Of a DNA stretch of 54,960 nt, positions 40,359-50,145 are shown piece after piece; within the stretch, counting starts at the first letter, position 1; the number at the start of each line of letters is the position of its first letter. Below the pieces are notes generated by a model that was not told where the DNA came from, searched no databases, and was given only the letters and a program-made list of their open reading frames with translations. Where the stretch lies: the IMG/VR virus record IMGVR_UViG_3300030090_005625, positions 1-54,960 of that record. One strand, 5' to 3'. A program made the translations under genes and the position numbers. This DNA comes from a virus. Lineage: Duplodnaviria > Caudoviricetes.

Positions 40359-41006
40359 ATGAGGTTTTTAAATTGTAATAAGGTTTTATGTTTAGCGGCT
40401 CATCCAGATGACGTTGAGTATGGTATGTTGGGAAGTATAATGAAATTCAGCGACACTAAGTTTGATATCGTGGTATTGTCCGAGGGTGGTAATTTTGATG
40501 AGTCAACATCAGTAGATAGACATGAAGAGTGTAAAAACATATGGGAGGGTGTAGACAATCTCAATGGTAGTTTTTTACCGATTAAGCACGTAGCTGATGT
40601 TAGTGAAGATGAACTAATAAATACAATTGAATCCAATTTTGATATAAACACTTATGATTCTATTTGTACACCACCGATACAAGATGCTCATTTTGAACAT
40701 AGAAAAGTAAATAGAGCTTCATATGGTTTAGTAAGAAGAATAAAATGTGGACTAATTACCTTTAGAACTCCAAGTGTCATGGAAACATGGACTCCAAACT
40801 TTTATGTCGATTTGAGTGACCACATTACAGATAGTGGAGCTGTCGTATCATTTGCGAAGAAAAAGGCGTTACAAAAATTTGAATCACAACAAGAGAAATC
40901 CTATTTTAAAGATAGTTCCATCAACAGTTTTCACTCCGATTATCAATGTTCACAAAGAGACATGAGTTTTGTTGAGAGTTTTAAGATAGAAAGATGTTAT
41001 AATTAA
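40359..41006 (+). CDS. PIG-L/LmbE family deacetylase
   Basis: AHPDD, DAHFEH, F.SQ motifs. Confidence 0.88.
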   Translation: MRFLNCNKVLCLAAHPDDVEYGMLGSIMKFSDTKFDIVVLSEGGNFDESTSVDRHEECKNIWEGVDNLNGSFLPIKHVADVSEDELINTIESNFDINTYDSICTPPIQDAHFEHRKVNRASYGLVRRIKCGLITFRTPSVMETWTPNFYVDLSDHITDSGAVVSFAKKKALQKFESQQEKSYFKDSSINSFHSDYQCSQRDMSFVESFKIERCYN

Positions 41007-41926
41007 TGAGGATTGGATTTTTTTCAGAGGGTGGTTACGTTGGAAAAATACCTAGAAATCATCCTAACATGCGAACCGATGTCGCCTGGGTTTGTGCATT
41101 GAACGCTACTCACCATCCAATACCACATTTAATTGATTTACCTGATAACTCATATGACGTAGGTGTTTTAATTGTTCCGAAAAAGAGACGACCATTATTG
41201 GAGTTTCCATTGTTAGAGCAGTACAAGAGGGTTTGTAAGAAAGTCACCGTCATGCAAGAAAGTTATTATAATTACTGGCAAGATAGTGAAATAGATGAAC
41301 AAATATGGTATTTTAATTTTTTAGTTGAGATGGATTTAATCTTCTGCCATAACGACATAGATTTAAAATATTATAACGGAATAACAAATGTGAGAACCGA
41401 GTTATTACCCACGGTTATGATTACAGATAACATCAAACCAAGGGATGAGTGGGGTGATGGTGTTATCATAGGTGGTAATTGGGTTCGAGATTATGGTGGA
41501 TTTGATTCCTATCAAGTAGCGTTAGAAATAACGGACGACATAACCTCAATAACCACTGGTAGAATGAAACCACAAGAGAAAGATTTATTTAAACATTTAG
41601 ATTGGATGTATTGGAGTGAGTGGATAAATGTTCTTAGTCAATATCACGTTGGTGTCCAATTAGGGACTGCAGCCGCTGGGACATTTAATTTGAATTGTAG
41701 TTTTCACGGAATACCTTGCATAGCATACTCCAATTCAAACACCCAAAAGATATTGCATCCAAAAACCACGGTGGAGTTAGGTGACGTAGTTGGAGCAAAA
41801 AAAATAGCTCGTAAACTTAAAGATAAAACATTTTATGATGAGTGCATGGTAGATACACAAAAAAATTACGAAAAATATTATTCAGAGAAAAGATTTTTAG
41901 AACATTGGAAGAGGATATGGTCTTAA
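41006..41926 (+). CDS. Putative GT-B glycosyltransferase
   Basis: MRIGFF, AAGTFNLNC..HGIPCI donor-binding-like segment. Confidence 0.6.
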   Translation: MRIGFFSEGGYVGKIPRNHPNMRTDVAWVCALNATHHPIPHLIDLPDNSYDVGVLIVPKKRRPLLEFPLLEQYKRVCKKVTVMQESYYNYWQDSEIDEQIWYFNFLVEMDLIFCHNDIDLKYYNGITNVRTELLPTVMITDNIKPRDEWGDGVIIGGNWVRDYGGFDSYQVALEITDDITSITTGRMKPQEKDLFKHLDWMYWSEWINVLSQYHVGVQLGTAAAGTFNLNCSFHGIPCIAYSNSNTQKILHPKTTVELGDVVGAKKIARKLKDKTFYDECMVDTQKNYEKYYSEKRFLEHWKRIWS

Positions 41927-41927
41927 T

Positions 41928-42839
41928 ATGAAATACTTAGTAACAGGTGGTGCCGGTTTTGTCGGTACAAATTTAATTAAAAGGTTAGTTAAAGACGGAC
42001 ACGACGTGACATCGGTGGATAACTACTCAACTGGTAAAGAAGAAAATCATGTTGATGGTTGTAAATATCACAAAAATGATTTATCTAGTGAACATATTCT
42101 TGGTATTTATGTTGATGCTCATACTTACCCACGTTGGAGAGATGATAATTTTGATTTAATATTTCATCTTGCAGCGTTACCGAGAATAGTACCATCATTC
42201 AAAGACCCCGTAGCAACATATAAATCTGGTCCAGTTGCAACAATTAATGTATTAGATTTAGCTAAGAGGAACAAAACTCCTGTCATATACTCAGGTTCAT
42301 CATCTTGTAGTGGTGACGTTTATGCTAATCCATATACATTTAGTAAATGGCAGAACGAAGAATTAATGGTTCTTTATAATAAATTATTTGATGTTCCTAT
42401 GTCGATATGTAGATTCTATAATGTGTATGGGGAACACCAAGCCACTGAAGGTAGTTATTGTAATGTGTTAGGTACATTCGAAAAACAACATAGGGAGGGT
42501 AAACCATTAACCATTACAGGTGATGGTGAACAGAGAAGAGATTTTACCTACGTTGGAGATATAGTCGATGGTTTAGTTAGATGCGCTGATGGTTTATTAG
42601 ATGTTGGTAATGGTTCGATTGATGGAGAGTCTTTTGAATTGGGTAATGGAAAAAATTATTCCATAAATGAATTGGTTGAAGCGTTTGGAGATTATCCAAG
42701 GGAGCACATTTTAGCTAGACCAGGTGAGATGAGAGAGACATTGAACACCGATACAAAAGCTCAAGAAATCTTAGGTTGGGAACCAAAAGGTGATATTATT
42801 GATTATATTAAAAAAACTTGGAGTCAAAATGAAGAGTAA
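41928..42839 (+). CDS. NAD-dependent epimerase/dehydratase
   Basis: TGGAGFVG, HLAA, YTFSK, RFYNVYG, GDGEQRRDF. Confidence 0.92.
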   Translation: MKYLVTGGAGFVGTNLIKRLVKDGHDVTSVDNYSTGKEENHVDGCKYHKNDLSSEHILGIYVDAHTYPRWRDDNFDLIFHLAALPRIVPSFKDPVATYKSGPVATINVLDLAKRNKTPVIYSGSSSCSGDVYANPYTFSKWQNEELMVLYNKLFDVPMSICRFYNVYGEHQATEGSYCNVLGTFEKQHREGKPLTITGDGEQRRDFTYVGDIVDGLVRCADGLLDVGNGSIDGESFELGNGKNYSINELVEAFGDYPREHILARPGEMRETLNTDTKAQEILGWEPKGDIIDYIKKTWSQNEE

Positions 42840-43818
42840 AAAAATAATAATAATAGGTGGTACAGGTGCTTTAGGTAAAACACTTATTAAAAAATATTAC
42901 GAACAAAATACAATTATGATATTTTCAAGGGATGAGCACAAACACGTTGATTTATTAAAACAATATCCAAAAATTAAATCTTATCTAGGTGACATCAGAG
43001 ATAAACAATCTATCAAAAATTCCTTTCAGAAATTTGAACCAGACGTGGTTATTAACACAGCGGCTTTAAAGCATGTGCCAATTTGTGAGGATAACGCAAT
43101 AGAGAGTGTAAAAACAAATATATTAGGTCACCAAAATTTAATAGAGGTGACTAACGACTACAAAAAATTAGAGACTTTAATTTTTGTCTCAACAGATAAG
43201 GCATGTAAACCAATAAATATTTACGGAATGTGTAAAGCGATAAGTGAAAAATTATACTATAATTATTCTGAGTCATCTGGCAATACAAAAGTCGTCATGG
43301 TGAGGTACGGAAATGTGTTAGAGTCAACTGGTTCCGTAATTCCGTATTTTAAAAAACTAATCGAGGACGGAGAAAAATATCTACCAATAACTCATCCTGA
43401 AATGACACGATTTTTATTAACACTAGACGACGCCACAGACTTAATAGACTGGGCATATAATTATAAAAAATCCCATGGTAAAATAGCAGTTCCAAAAATT
43501 AAAGCGATGAAAATAGTTGATATGGCGAATTGTCTCATTCAAAAACAAGATTTACTCAAACAGATGTCTTTTGATTTTATAGAGGATGGTGTTCCCGATA
43601 GTGGTATTAAGTTAAAAATAGTCGGTATTAGACCAGGTGAGAAACTACATGAGGAATTAATCTCTGAGGAGGAATGGCTGAGAACAGAGGAACATGATAA
43701 CTTTTTGATTGGAACAAAAACCACCAATGATGAATTATGGTCATATAATTCTAGGGATTCTTTGATGGACGATTCAGAGACTTATCAGTTTTTAAAAGAC
43801 TCTGGTGTAATAAAATGA
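42829..43818 (+). CDS. UDP-GlcNAc 4,6-dehydratase (PseB/FnlA/CapD-like)
   Basis: GGTGALG, FSRDE.K, AALKHVP, STDKA, YGMCK, RYGNV, GIRPGEKLHE; likely ATG at 42829. Confidence 0.9.
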   Translation: MKSKKIIIIGGTGALGKTLIKKYYEQNTIMIFSRDEHKHVDLLKQYPKIKSYLGDIRDKQSIKNSFQKFEPDVVINTAALKHVPICEDNAIESVKTNILGHQNLIEVTNDYKKLETLIFVSTDKACKPINIYGMCKAISEKLYYNYSESSGNTKVVMVRYGNVLESTGSVIPYFKKLIEDGEKYLPITHPEMTRFLLTLDDATDLIDWAYNYKKSHGKIAVPKIKAMKIVDMANCLIQKQDLLKQMSFDFIEDGVPDSGIKLKIVGIRPGEKLHEELISEEEWLRTEEHDNFLIGTKTTNDELWSYNSRDSLMDDSETYQFLKDSGVIK

Positions 43819-45062
43819 TTGGTTATAAATTAAGAGATTGTTGTGCTGGTTGTGACAATAATGATTTCTTGACAATCCTTGAATTAGGTGAGGTTCCATT
43901 AGCAGGTGTTTTTCCATTATATGAGGAACTTGAATCTACTGAGAACATATATCCTTTGAATTTATTGTTTTGTAAGAAATGTGGTCTTGTACAAACCGAT
44001 TCATTTATTGAACCTCAAATATTATTTGAAGATTATAGATATGTATCGTCTGTCGGTCTATCAAATCATTTTAAAGATTTAGCCAATATACTGAATGATA
44101 AATATGATGTCAAAGGTTTAAATATATTGGAAATAGGTTGTAACGATGGAGTTTTATTAGAGCCATTATCTAAATTAGGAGCAAAAGTAGAGGGTGTAGA
44201 CCCAGCTAAAAATATAGTTAAGTTAGCCATTGATAAGGGTTTGAAAGTTCATGACGGATATTTTAATGATGAAACCTTTGGAAATGATAAATTTAAAAAC
44301 AAATATGATTTAGTCTTATCTAATAATACGTTTGCACACATACCCGATATCCAATCTGTAGTTAGGGGTATAAAACACGTTTTAAAACCAGATGGTGATT
44401 TTATATTCGAGGTGCACTATCTTGATAGTTTAATTCATGGTAAACAATGGGATAATATTTATCATGAGCATATTTTCTATCATTCAATTACAGGATTAAA
44501 TAACTTGTTTAGTAAATATGACATGACTATAATTGACTTTGAGGAGATACCAATTCACTCTGGTTCAATCAGAGTCACGGTTACTAATAGTAAATTAATA
44601 AATACACCACAAAAAGTCTTAGATAAGATAGGTGATGAATCTAAAACAATCGCTAATCTAGAATACTTGAAAAGTTATGGTGAAAATGTGAAAAGTCATA
44701 TCAATGATTTTAATGACACAATACAAGAATTACAAAAAAATCATGTCATAGCTGGTTATGGAGCTTCAGGTAGAGCTAATATGTTTTGTAATTTAACAAG
44801 TCTGAATTCAGACGTTGTGAAATTTATAGTTGATGAATCACCTGAAAGATGTGGTAGATATATAGCTAATACGGATATACCTATCGTTGATGTCGAAACA
44901 CTAAAAAATAGTGATGTTGATTTATTAATTATATTTGCTTGGAATTACTCAAAAATGATAATAGAAAAAACACAATTTAAAAAGTTTAAGTACCTTGTAG
45001 CGTTTCCAACTATTCAAGTTGTGGACACAGTTGATGAATTGAAAGGTTTTGATTCAATATGA
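43815..45062 (+). CDS. NDP-hexose C3-methyltransferase (TcaB9/NovU/EryBIII-like)
   Basis: Zn-binding C..C / C..CGLVQ, EIGCNDG, IYHEH, PIHSGSIR, GYGA, FAWNY. Confidence 0.9.
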   Translation: MIGYKLRDCCAGCDNNDFLTILELGEVPLAGVFPLYEELESTENIYPLNLLFCKKCGLVQTDSFIEPQILFEDYRYVSSVGLSNHFKDLANILNDKYDVKGLNILEIGCNDGVLLEPLSKLGAKVEGVDPAKNIVKLAIDKGLKVHDGYFNDETFGNDKFKNKYDLVLSNNTFAHIPDIQSVVRGIKHVLKPDGDFIFEVHYLDSLIHGKQWDNIYHEHIFYHSITGLNNLFSKYDMTIIDFEEIPIHSGSIRVTVTNSKLINTPQKVLDKIGDESKTIANLEYLKSYGENVKSHINDFNDTIQELQKNHVIAGYGASGRANMFCNLTSLNSDVVKFIVDESPERCGRYIANTDIPIVDVETLKNSDVDLLIIFAWNYSKMIIEKTQFKKFKYLVAFPTIQVVDTVDELKGFDSI

Positions 45063-45901
45063 TAATAAAAGATGAAAAGTATTTAGTGACTGGTGGAACT
45101 GGTGTCGTAGGTCACGAGTTATGTAAACGGATAGTTGAGATGGGTGGGAAAGTATTAGTTCTATCTCGCACAGAGGAAAAATTAAAAAAATTACAAGAAA
45201 AGTATGGTGTAGAAATACTAATTAGCGATATACTTAACAAAGAAAATGTTAAAAGAGCTGTTAGAGATGTTAAAGGTGTGTTCCATCTTACAGCATTGGC
45301 ACAAGGTATGCAATCAGGCAAATGCATTGAGTCAATAAATACAAATATTCTTGGTTCTTTAAATGTTTTAGTCGAATCTTTAGATAAAGATTTTGTGTTG
45401 GGGATTAGTTCTGATAAGGTAACACAAGTTTCAGGTAACTATGGAGCCACAAAGTTTCTGATGGAAAGATTATTTAGTGAGTTTGAAGAAATCAATCCAA
45501 ATACAAAATATAGAGTTGTAAGATTGGGAAATGTAATTTATTCTGTTGACTCGGTTTTAGAAAAGTGGAAAAGTAGAATTAAAAATAATGAGGAGATTAT
45601 TATCACGGAACCAACCGCAACAAGATTTTTTATGACGAAAGAACAATCTGTCGATATGATTTTTAATTGTTTGGATAACTCAACTGATTCAACGCCATAT
45701 TTCGAAGATATAAAATCAACATCTATGGGAAACCTATTGAAGGCTATGTCTAACAAGTATTTACCAAAAGATGGTGAATTAACAGTAAAAGAGATAGGGT
45801 TACAACCGAATGAAAATTTACACGAGAGAATTGTTGAGGATGGCCCGTATACGAACGAGATAGAACAATACACTATTGAAGAATTAGAGGAGATAATATG
45901 A
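45059..45901 (+). CDS. Second PseB/CapD-like NDP-sugar dehydratase (shorter paralog)
   Basis: TGGTG..G, SSDK, YGATK, RLGNV, TRFF, GLQPNENLHE. Confidence 0.82.
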   Translation: MIIKDEKYLVTGGTGVVGHELCKRIVEMGGKVLVLSRTEEKLKKLQEKYGVEILISDILNKENVKRAVRDVKGVFHLTALAQGMQSGKCIESINTNILGSLNVLVESLDKDFVLGISSDKVTQVSGNYGATKFLMERLFSEFEEINPNTKYRVVRLGNVIYSVDSVLEKWKSRIKNNEEIIITEPTATRFFMTKEQSVDMIFNCLDNSTDSTPYFEDIKSTSMGNLLKAMSNKYLPKDGELTVKEIGLQPNENLHERIVEDGPYTNEIEQYTIEELEEII

Positions 45902-46866
45902 TTGTAGATTGTAATCCAGAATTTGGTTGTGAGTTAGCATTAGCTTTACCTTATGCTTATTGGTTGCATGAAAGAGGTGAGTTGGATAAGGTTATAACCA
46001 CGCAAGGAATGAAACCTTTTTATTATTTTTGTGATGATGTAGAGGAAAAATACGACCATCGGACTATTGATAACAACGCGGCTAATATGCAATCATTACC
46101 GAATCCATGGATTTATGGAACACAACTAGACGCTAAACTATATCAAAATGAATGGGAACATTGGGAATCATTTTATAACGCTCCGAACGGAGTTGGTATA
46201 TTAAATTATGAAAAATGGAAGATGCCTAATTTTTCAGAACGATATAAAAATGACAAGTTTTTATTTGATAAACCATTTATAGTTATCGCAAATAGATATA
46301 ATTGGGAGCATGGTCAACCACCAGTGGGTTATTTTAGTTTACCCTGCTTATACGAAATGTTTTCATATTTGACAAGTCAAGGTTACAAAGTAGTTTACAA
46401 AAGACCAAGAAATAATGAATTTCCATTAGACCAAAATGAAATGAATACCGTATTTAACAAAGAAAACCTTGTTAATAAAGTTGAAGGTGGTGGGTTTATA
46501 TCAGATTATGATTTGACAACTCATTTCAAAGATGTAATTTTATTAGATGAGATTGTAATTAATAACCCAGACTTTACTTACAACGAGGTACAGTTAAATT
46601 TATTTGCTAACGCTGATAAGTTCATTGGTATAAGTGGTGGTTCGACATTAATATTAAATTTATTTCAAAAACCAACCATTACGTATTTGTACAATAAATC
46701 AGACCTACGTGAAAAGTTTTGGGAGGACGAAAAAGGAAACAAAAATATTAAAAACTATTATTACATGATGAATCCAAATGTAATCCCGTATATTGATGTT
46801 GAGTGTGGGGACATGAGACAAAATAAATTCGATAACTTTTTAAATCTAATTAAGGAAACAATTTAA
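45898..46866 (+). CDS. Putative glycosyltransferase (GT9-like)
   Basis: EFG.EL...P, KPFIVI, ANADKFIGISGG; cluster context. Confidence 0.45.
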   Translation: MIVDCNPEFGCELALALPYAYWLHERGELDKVITTQGMKPFYYFCDDVEEKYDHRTIDNNAANMQSLPNPWIYGTQLDAKLYQNEWEHWESFYNAPNGVGILNYEKWKMPNFSERYKNDKFLFDKPFIVIANRYNWEHGQPPVGYFSLPCLYEMFSYLTSQGYKVVYKRPRNNEFPLDQNEMNTVFNKENLVNKVEGGGFISDYDLTTHFKDVILLDEIVINNPDFTYNEVQLNLFANADKFIGISGGSTLILNLFQKPTITYLYNKSDLREKFWEDEKGNKNIKNYYYMMNPNVIPYIDVECGDMRQNKFDNFLNLIKETI

Positions 46867-47757
46867 ATGAAACTAAAACAAAAAATAGGAATAATAGGTA
46901 GAGGTTTTGTTGGTTCAGCAGTTGAGTTTGGTTTTTCTCCTAACACAGGATGTGATGCTGAAATTAGAGTTTATGATAAAGACCCATCAAAATCATTACA
47001 CTCATTAAGAGAGGTGGTTGAAAAAAGTGACATAATATTTTTATCAGTGCCAACACCATCAAACCCTGATGGTTCCATGAATTTAGATATTGTTAGTGGT
47101 GTTTTGAGTGAAATAAATGATATGTATTCTAATTTTGGAGTCGACAACATAATATTATTAAGGTCAACCGTCACACCTGGAACAACAAGAAAATTACAAT
47201 CAAAGTATCCTAAATTAAAAATAGTATTTAATCCTGAGTTTTTGACTGAAAGGTCAGCGAAATTTGATTTCATCAATCAAAGCAGATTCATACTCGGTGA
47301 TGGGGGTAATGAGATTGATTCTCATTATACAGAACGTGTAGCACGTTTATTTAAAGATAGATTTGGTGAGAGCACATCCATAATTAAAACCAATTATGAA
47401 ACAGCGGAATTAATCAAATATATGAATAATTGTTTTTTCGCAACGAAGATATCATTTTTGAATGAGATGTATCAAATATCAGAAAAAAGTGGGGTTGATT
47501 GGGAAACTGCGTTGGACGGATTTGTTCGAGATGGTAGGATTGGACACTCTCATTTAAACATACCTGGTCCTGATGGTAAACTTGGTTTTGGTGGAAGTTG
47601 TTTTCCAAAAGATGTCCAGGCCATAGTCAATTACGGAAAATCATTAAACCTAAACATGAACACTTTAGAGGGAGTTTGGAACACGAATCTAGAGGTTAGA
47701 CCAGAAAGAGATTGGGAAAATTTGAAAGGAAGAGCTGTAGTAGATGAAACCGATTAG
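46867..47757 (+). CDS. ugd: UDP-glucose/GDP-mannose 6-dehydrogenase, short form lacking the C-terminal domain
   Basis: GRGFVG, VPTP, RSTVTPG, NPEFL, KYMNN, GFGGSCFPKD catalytic Cys; only 296 aa. Confidence 0.88.
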   Translation: MKLKQKIGIIGRGFVGSAVEFGFSPNTGCDAEIRVYDKDPSKSLHSLREVVEKSDIIFLSVPTPSNPDGSMNLDIVSGVLSEINDMYSNFGVDNIILLRSTVTPGTTRKLQSKYPKLKIVFNPEFLTERSAKFDFINQSRFILGDGGNEIDSHYTERVARLFKDRFGESTSIIKTNYETAELIKYMNNCFFATKISFLNEMYQISEKSGVDWETALDGFVRDGRIGHSHLNIPGPDGKLGFGGSCFPKDVQAIVNYGKSLNLNMNTLEGVWNTNLEVRPERDWENLKGRAVVDETD

Positions 47758-48955
47758 TTTTATACAACCAAGTAGAAATAATTTAAAATATTTAAAGTGG
47801 TCATATGAAAGTATAAGAAAGAATCTTGACCCGATGCATGAAATATGTTGGGCTGATGATTTTTCAGATGACGGAACATGGGAATGGATGCAAGAGATAG
47901 TAAAAAAAGACCCAAATGTAAAAATACATAGAAATGAAGGCCCTAACAGATTAGGTCACACCATACTTTATGATACTTTAGTTAATGATTACGCTACAAA
48001 TGATATTGTAATGATTTATCACGCTGATATGTATGCTTGTCCTGGATTAGATGAATATGTTTTGAATCATATGAAACCAGCCACAGTAGTTTCAGCTACA
48101 AGAATAGAACCACCACTACATCCAGACGGACCTGAAAAAATCCTCAAAGATTTCGGTATCGAGCCAGAAGAATTTGATGAACGTGGATTATTAGAATTTG
48201 TGATGGATTATAATTCTAAGAAACATGATAGACCGACAAAAGGAATATTCGCTCCATGGGCTATCCATAAAAAAGATTTTCAAGCGATTAACGGACATGA
48301 CCCATTATACGCACCACAATCAAAAGAAGATAGTGATATTTTCAATAGGTTCGTATTGGCCGGTTATGATTTGGTTCAAACTTGGAGAGGATTCGTCTAT
48401 CACATGACAAGTCGTGGTAGTAGATTCAAAAATGGTGCCATGAGGAATCCAGCCGGTCAAGTATTCATGAAAGGTAGAGAATCATCAGAGTGGTTAGAAC
48501 AAAATCTTAGAAGTACAAGAAACTTCATCCGCAAATGGGGTCATATGGTAAAACACGATGAAATGATGTATCCTATTATACCGCACAAATATGATATCGG
48601 ATTTATAGCTAGAAATTGTGATTTTAATTTACTCAAGGAATTAGAGCCTTGGTGTTCAACTATTTACATCGAGTATACAGGCGTGATTGACGCATACATA
48701 AAAGAGGAACAAAAAAATACAGAGTTTAACTTAAAAGATAGAATAAAACACTTTCAAAACAGAAATAAACTAAATAATGATATTATTATTGAGTTTGATT
48801 GTAAAAAACTGAACGCTAATAATTTTCAAGTGATAGTGGATTTATCTCAGATGTTAGAAGATTCTGCCATGATTGGTGAGATGGAATATGATATATATAA
48901 TTTTAAAATAAAATCACTTGAAACTTATGAGAAAGAGTTAATTTTGAGAAAATGA
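47744..48955 (+). CDS. Glycosyltransferase family 2
   Basis: SFIQP..N, DDFSDDGT, HADM, EDSD, VYH, F.RKWG. Confidence 0.9.
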   Translation: MKPISFIQPSRNNLKYLKWSYESIRKNLDPMHEICWADDFSDDGTWEWMQEIVKKDPNVKIHRNEGPNRLGHTILYDTLVNDYATNDIVMIYHADMYACPGLDEYVLNHMKPATVVSATRIEPPLHPDGPEKILKDFGIEPEEFDERGLLEFVMDYNSKKHDRPTKGIFAPWAIHKKDFQAINGHDPLYAPQSKEDSDIFNRFVLAGYDLVQTWRGFVYHMTSRGSRFKNGAMRNPAGQVFMKGRESSEWLEQNLRSTRNFIRKWGHMVKHDEMMYPIIPHKYDIGFIARNCDFNLLKELEPWCSTIYIEYTGVIDAYIKEEQKNTEFNLKDRIKHFQNRNKLNNDIIIEFDCKKLNANNFQVIVDLSQMLEDSAMIGEMEYDIYNFKIKSLETYEKELILRK

Positions 48956-49203
48956 CATACTATTTATTATTGAGTGGGGATTCTGAAAAAGATACCCTTT
49001 ACGAGACAAATGTTTTAGGAGAGGAAAGTTTTGATACGTTTTATCCGTCAGTTGGTTTTATGATGTTACATAGAATAATAAATCAACAACCAGAGCTACT
49101 TGAATCAATTCAGATTCTAGATGAACAAAAGAAATCATACAGCATAACAGATTTTTTAGATAAACTAGGAGAGTGGAAAATAAAAAAAGCACTTGACTCG
49201 TAA
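48952..49203 (+). CDS. Hypothetical protein
   Basis: 83-aa ORF with ATGA overlap. Confidence 0.6.
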   Translation: MTYYLLLSGDSEKDTLYETNVLGEESFDTFYPSVGFMMLHRIINQQPELLESIQILDEQKKSYSITDFLDKLGEWKIKKALDS

Positions 49204-49221
49204 TAGTTTTTTTTGTATATT
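49182..49221 (+). promoter_or_regulatory. Sigma70-type phage promoter
   Basis: AAAAAAAGCAC-TTGACT(49193-49198)-N17-TATATT(49216-49221). Confidence 0.78.
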
Positions 49222-49236
49222 TAACTTAGGAGAAAG

Positions 49237-49407
49237 ATGATGCCAACAGTTCAAAATTGGGAAGAGTGGGATGAAGTTGAGGAACAATTTCAAGATGAAC
49301 AAGTTCGTGAAAAGATAAATTTCAAAAATAAAACAAAAAAAAGGAGAGATAAAAAACAAAATGAAAAAATATCTCAAAAGTTACAAGAAAATATTAAATC
49401 GACTTAG
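49237..49407 (+). CDS. 56-aa charged peptide, not in ORF track
   Basis: AGGAG RBS after the promoter; MMPTVQNWEEWDEVEEQ... acidic N-half, basic C-half. Confidence 0.6.
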   Translation: MMPTVQNWEEWDEVEEQFQDEQVREKINFKNKTKKRRDKKQNEKISQKLQENIKST

Positions 49408-49888
49408 CTTAACTTTCATAAGCATATTATTAGTATCGTGTGAGGATACTAATAATTATAATTACAATATTGAGTTTGATTTAAGATTAAATCAAGATGA
49501 GAATGGTTACTATCACCTCACCTTGAATAGATATGATTGGCAAACACTTCATCGAGTAACGGCCACTGTAAAGGGTGAAAATCAAAAAGGATTAGAAAAT
49601 TTTTGGATAGAGTGGGACGCCAATCTTTATTGGTATATTGGTGATACTCTCGGATACGTGGTTAGTAGAGGTTTGAATAGTGAGTTACAATATGTAAATT
49701 ATGATACTAATTATGTTACTTGGTTTAATGGTTTTGAAGTGCCGACAACAAATCAAGTTAGTTATTCTGGTGAAGACGGTATCTTGAACAATATGATAGC
49801 ACCAGTTAGGAGCATGATAGGTGATACTTTAATGTTAACGGCGTTTTGGTTTGATGGTAGTGCAACCTTTGGAATAGTATTGGATTAA
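49361..49888 (+). CDS. Putative lipoprotein
   Basis: Basic N-terminus, hydrophobic core, lipobox LVSC. Confidence 0.7.
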   Translation: MKKYLKSYKKILNRLSLTFISILLVSCEDTNNYNYNIEFDLRLNQDENGYYHLTLNRYDWQTLHRVTATVKGENQKGLENFWIEWDANLYWYIGDTLGYVVSRGLNSELQYVNYDTNYVTWFNGFEVPTTNQVSYSGEDGILNNMIAPVRSMIGDTLMLTAFWFDGSATFGIVLD

Positions 49889-49890
49889 AT

Positions 49891-50145
49891 ATGATATATG
49901 AATTAAAAAATAAGAACACTAATGATGTTATAACCAAAATAGACACGGACAAATTTGACATCAATGATGCAAAGTTTTACTTCATGGGTACAAAGAGATT
50001 AGAGGAAGAAGATTTTGATAGTTTGTTCGTGGTTAGTGAAGCACCCGTGATTAAAAAAAATATTAGTTATGATTGGTGGGAAGAAGAGAGAACGAATCTT
50101 GATATTGAAAAAGACGAAGAATACAAAGGTGGTCATCTAGGGTAA
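49891..50145 (+). CDS. Hypothetical protein
   Basis: 84-aa ORF in the operon. Confidence 0.6.
   Translation: MIYELKNKNTNDVITKIDTDKFDINDAKFYFMGTKRLEEEDFDSLFVVSEAPVIKKNISYDWWEEERTNLDIEKDEEYKGGHLG

Noticed and set aside
16554-48955. Bacterial O-antigen/capsule locus on a host chromosome
   Set aside because: Contiguous with T4-like replication genes, shares the same promoter motifs and GATC avoidance, and lacks wzx/wzy/ABC/initiating transferase and any housekeeping genes
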